From sequence record MF385003.1: a stretch of 32,000 bases of DNA; one strand, written 5' to 3'. How positions within the stretch are numbered: position 1 is the first letter of the stretch; each line of letters starts with the position of its first letter. The notes beneath the pieces are model-generated. The model was not told the origin of the DNA. It saw only the letters and a list, made by a program, of their open reading frames with translations, and did not search any database. Made by a program: the position numbers and the translations under genes. Of this stretch, positions 30,725 to 32,000 are shown piece after piece.

Positions 30725-32000
30725 ATGTTCGAACGCTTTACTGAAAAAGCTATAAAAGTCATCATGCTAGCACAAGAAGAAGCTAGACGCTTAGGTCATA
30801 ACTTTGTTGGTACTGAGCAAATTTTGCTAGGACTAGTTGGTGAAGGTACTGGGATTGCAGCCCAAGTCTTAAAGTCAATGAATGTTAATTTGAAAGATGC
30901 AAGAGTCGAAGTAGAAAAAATTATTGGACGAGGATCAGGTTTTGTAGCGGTTGAAATTCCTTTCACTCCTCGAGCAAAAAGAGTATTAGAATTATCCTTA
31001 GAAGAAGCACGTCAGCTAGGTCATAATTATATTGGAACCGAACATCTATTAATGGGCTTAGTTAGAGAAGGCGAGGGCGTAGCCGCAAGAGTACTAGAGA
31101 ACTTAGCAGTCGATGTCTCTTCTATAAGAGCAGAAGTAATACAAATGCTAGGAGAAAATGCTGAAGCTAATGTTAGTGGAAGTAATGCGACTCAAGCTAG
31201 GAGTAAAACTCCAACTTTAGAAGAGTTTGGTTCTAACTTGACTCAAATGGCTATCGAAGGCGGCTTAGACCCCGTAGTAGGAAGGCAAAAAGAAATAGAA
31301 CGAGTAATTCAAATTCTAGGTAGGCGAACTAAAAACAATCCTGTTTTAATAGGTGAACCAGGAGTTGGAAAAACAGCAATTGCTGAAGGTTTAGCGCAAA
31401 GAATTGCGAATAGAGATGTTCCTTCTATTCTAGAAGATAAATTAGTTATTACTTTAGATGTTGGCTTATTAGTTGCAGGTACTAAATATAGGGGAGAATT
31501 TGAAGAGAGACTAAAACGCATTATGGATGAAATTAAATCAGCTGATAATGTCATATTAGTTATTGATGAAGTTCATACTTTAATTGGCGCTGGTGCTGCT
31601 GAGGGTGCAATAGATGCAGCCAATCTGCTCAAACCAGCTTTAGCTAGAGGAGAACTACAGTGTATAGGAGCAACAACATTAGAAGAATATAGAAAACATA
31701 TAGAAAAAGACCCTGCCCTAGAAAGAAGATTTCAGCCTGTTGTTGTAGGAGAGCCAAGTGTCGAAGAAACAATTGAAATTCTGTTTGGTTTAAGAGATCG
31801 TTATGAAAAGCATCATCAATTAACTATGTCAGATGGTGCCTTAGCAGCAGCAGCTAAATATGCTAATCAATACATTTCAGATCGTTTCCTGCCAGACAAA
31901 GCAATAGACTTGATTGATGAAGCTGGTTCACGAGTACGTTTATTAAACTCTCAGTTACCGCCAGCAGCGAGAGAGCTAGATAAAGAACTTAGGGCGGTAT
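30725..32000 (+). CDS. clpC: Clp protease ATP-binding subunit ClpC, N-terminal part (continues beyond the window)
   Basis: Not in the ORF track because it has no stop in the window. [41 protein letters not shown]... duplicated Clp-N repeat, then Walker A GEPGVGKT (~31355) and [14 protein letters not shown]. Confidence 0.95.
   Translation, partial: MFERFTEKAIKVIMLAQEEARRLGHNFVGTEQILLGLVGEGTGIAAQVLKSMNVNLKDARVEVEKIIGRGSGFVAVEIPFTPRAKRVLELSLEEARQLGHNYIGTEHLLMGLVREGEGVAARVLENLAVDVSSIRAEVIQMLGENAEANVSGSNATQARSKTPTLEEFGSNLTQMAIEGGLDPVVGRQKEIERVIQILGRRTKNNPVLIGEPGVGKTAIAEGLAQRIANRDVPSILEDKLVITLDVGLLVAGTKYRGEFEERLKRIMDEIKSADNVILVIDEVHTLIGAGAAEGAIDAANLLKPALARGELQCIGATTLEEYRKHIEKDPALERRFQPVVVGEPSVEETIEILFGLRDRYEKHHQLTMSDGALAAAAKYANQYISDRFLPDKAIDLIDEAGSRVRLLNSQLPPAARELDKELRAV

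Noticed and set aside
30711-30755. 14-codon upstream ORF ([14 protein letters not shown]) overlapping the clpC start out of frame
   Set aside because: There is no SD-like motif, and short ATG-initiated ORFs are expected by chance in AT-rich leaders. Nothing indicates a regulatory leader peptide.

Overview
This AT-rich window is densely packed with genes and reads as a plastid genome of the red-algal (Rhodophyta, Florideophyceae-like) type. I assigned every gene by recognising its translated sequence, since no database search was possible. About 48 protein genes and 9 tRNA genes account for nearly all 32 kb, and I saw no introns. From 288 to 15689 the minus strand carries one uninterrupted block of 29 translation and transcription genes: rpl3-rpl4-rpl23-rpl2-rps19-rpl22-rps3-rpl16-rpl29-rps17-rpl14-rpl24-rpl5-rps8-rpl6-rpl18-rps5-secY-rpl36-rps13-rps11-rpoA-rpl13-rps9-rpl31-rps12-rps7-tufA-rps10. 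The 3' end of psaB lies at the left edge. The remainder holds dnaK, photosystem and cytochrome b6f genes (psbZ, psbK, petG, petF, psbB-psbT/psbN/psbH, psaE), rps14, ycf38, ftsH, argB, ycf33, ilvB, rpl19 and the 5' part of clpC. The tRNA genes are all on the minus strand. Six genes are missing from the ORF track and were found by hand: rpl36, psbK, petG, psbT and psbN (all small), and clpC (open-ended). I found no evidence of a novel or accessory system: no unassigned long ORFs, mobile elements, CRISPR array or foreign-looking island. The most unusual local features are four. First, a near-perfect 78-bp tandem duplication copies the 3' end of trnS(GCU) plus a promoter-like trnS-trnD spacer. Second, trnV(GAC) has a hand-folded anticodon loop with C instead of the near-invariant U at position 33. 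Third, the two trnS genes share identical 27-nt 3' segments that flank ftsH-trnD. Fourth, several long perfect hairpins sit where genes converge. Start codons of four ribosomal-block genes are GTG, and several ORF-track starts are probably too far upstream.
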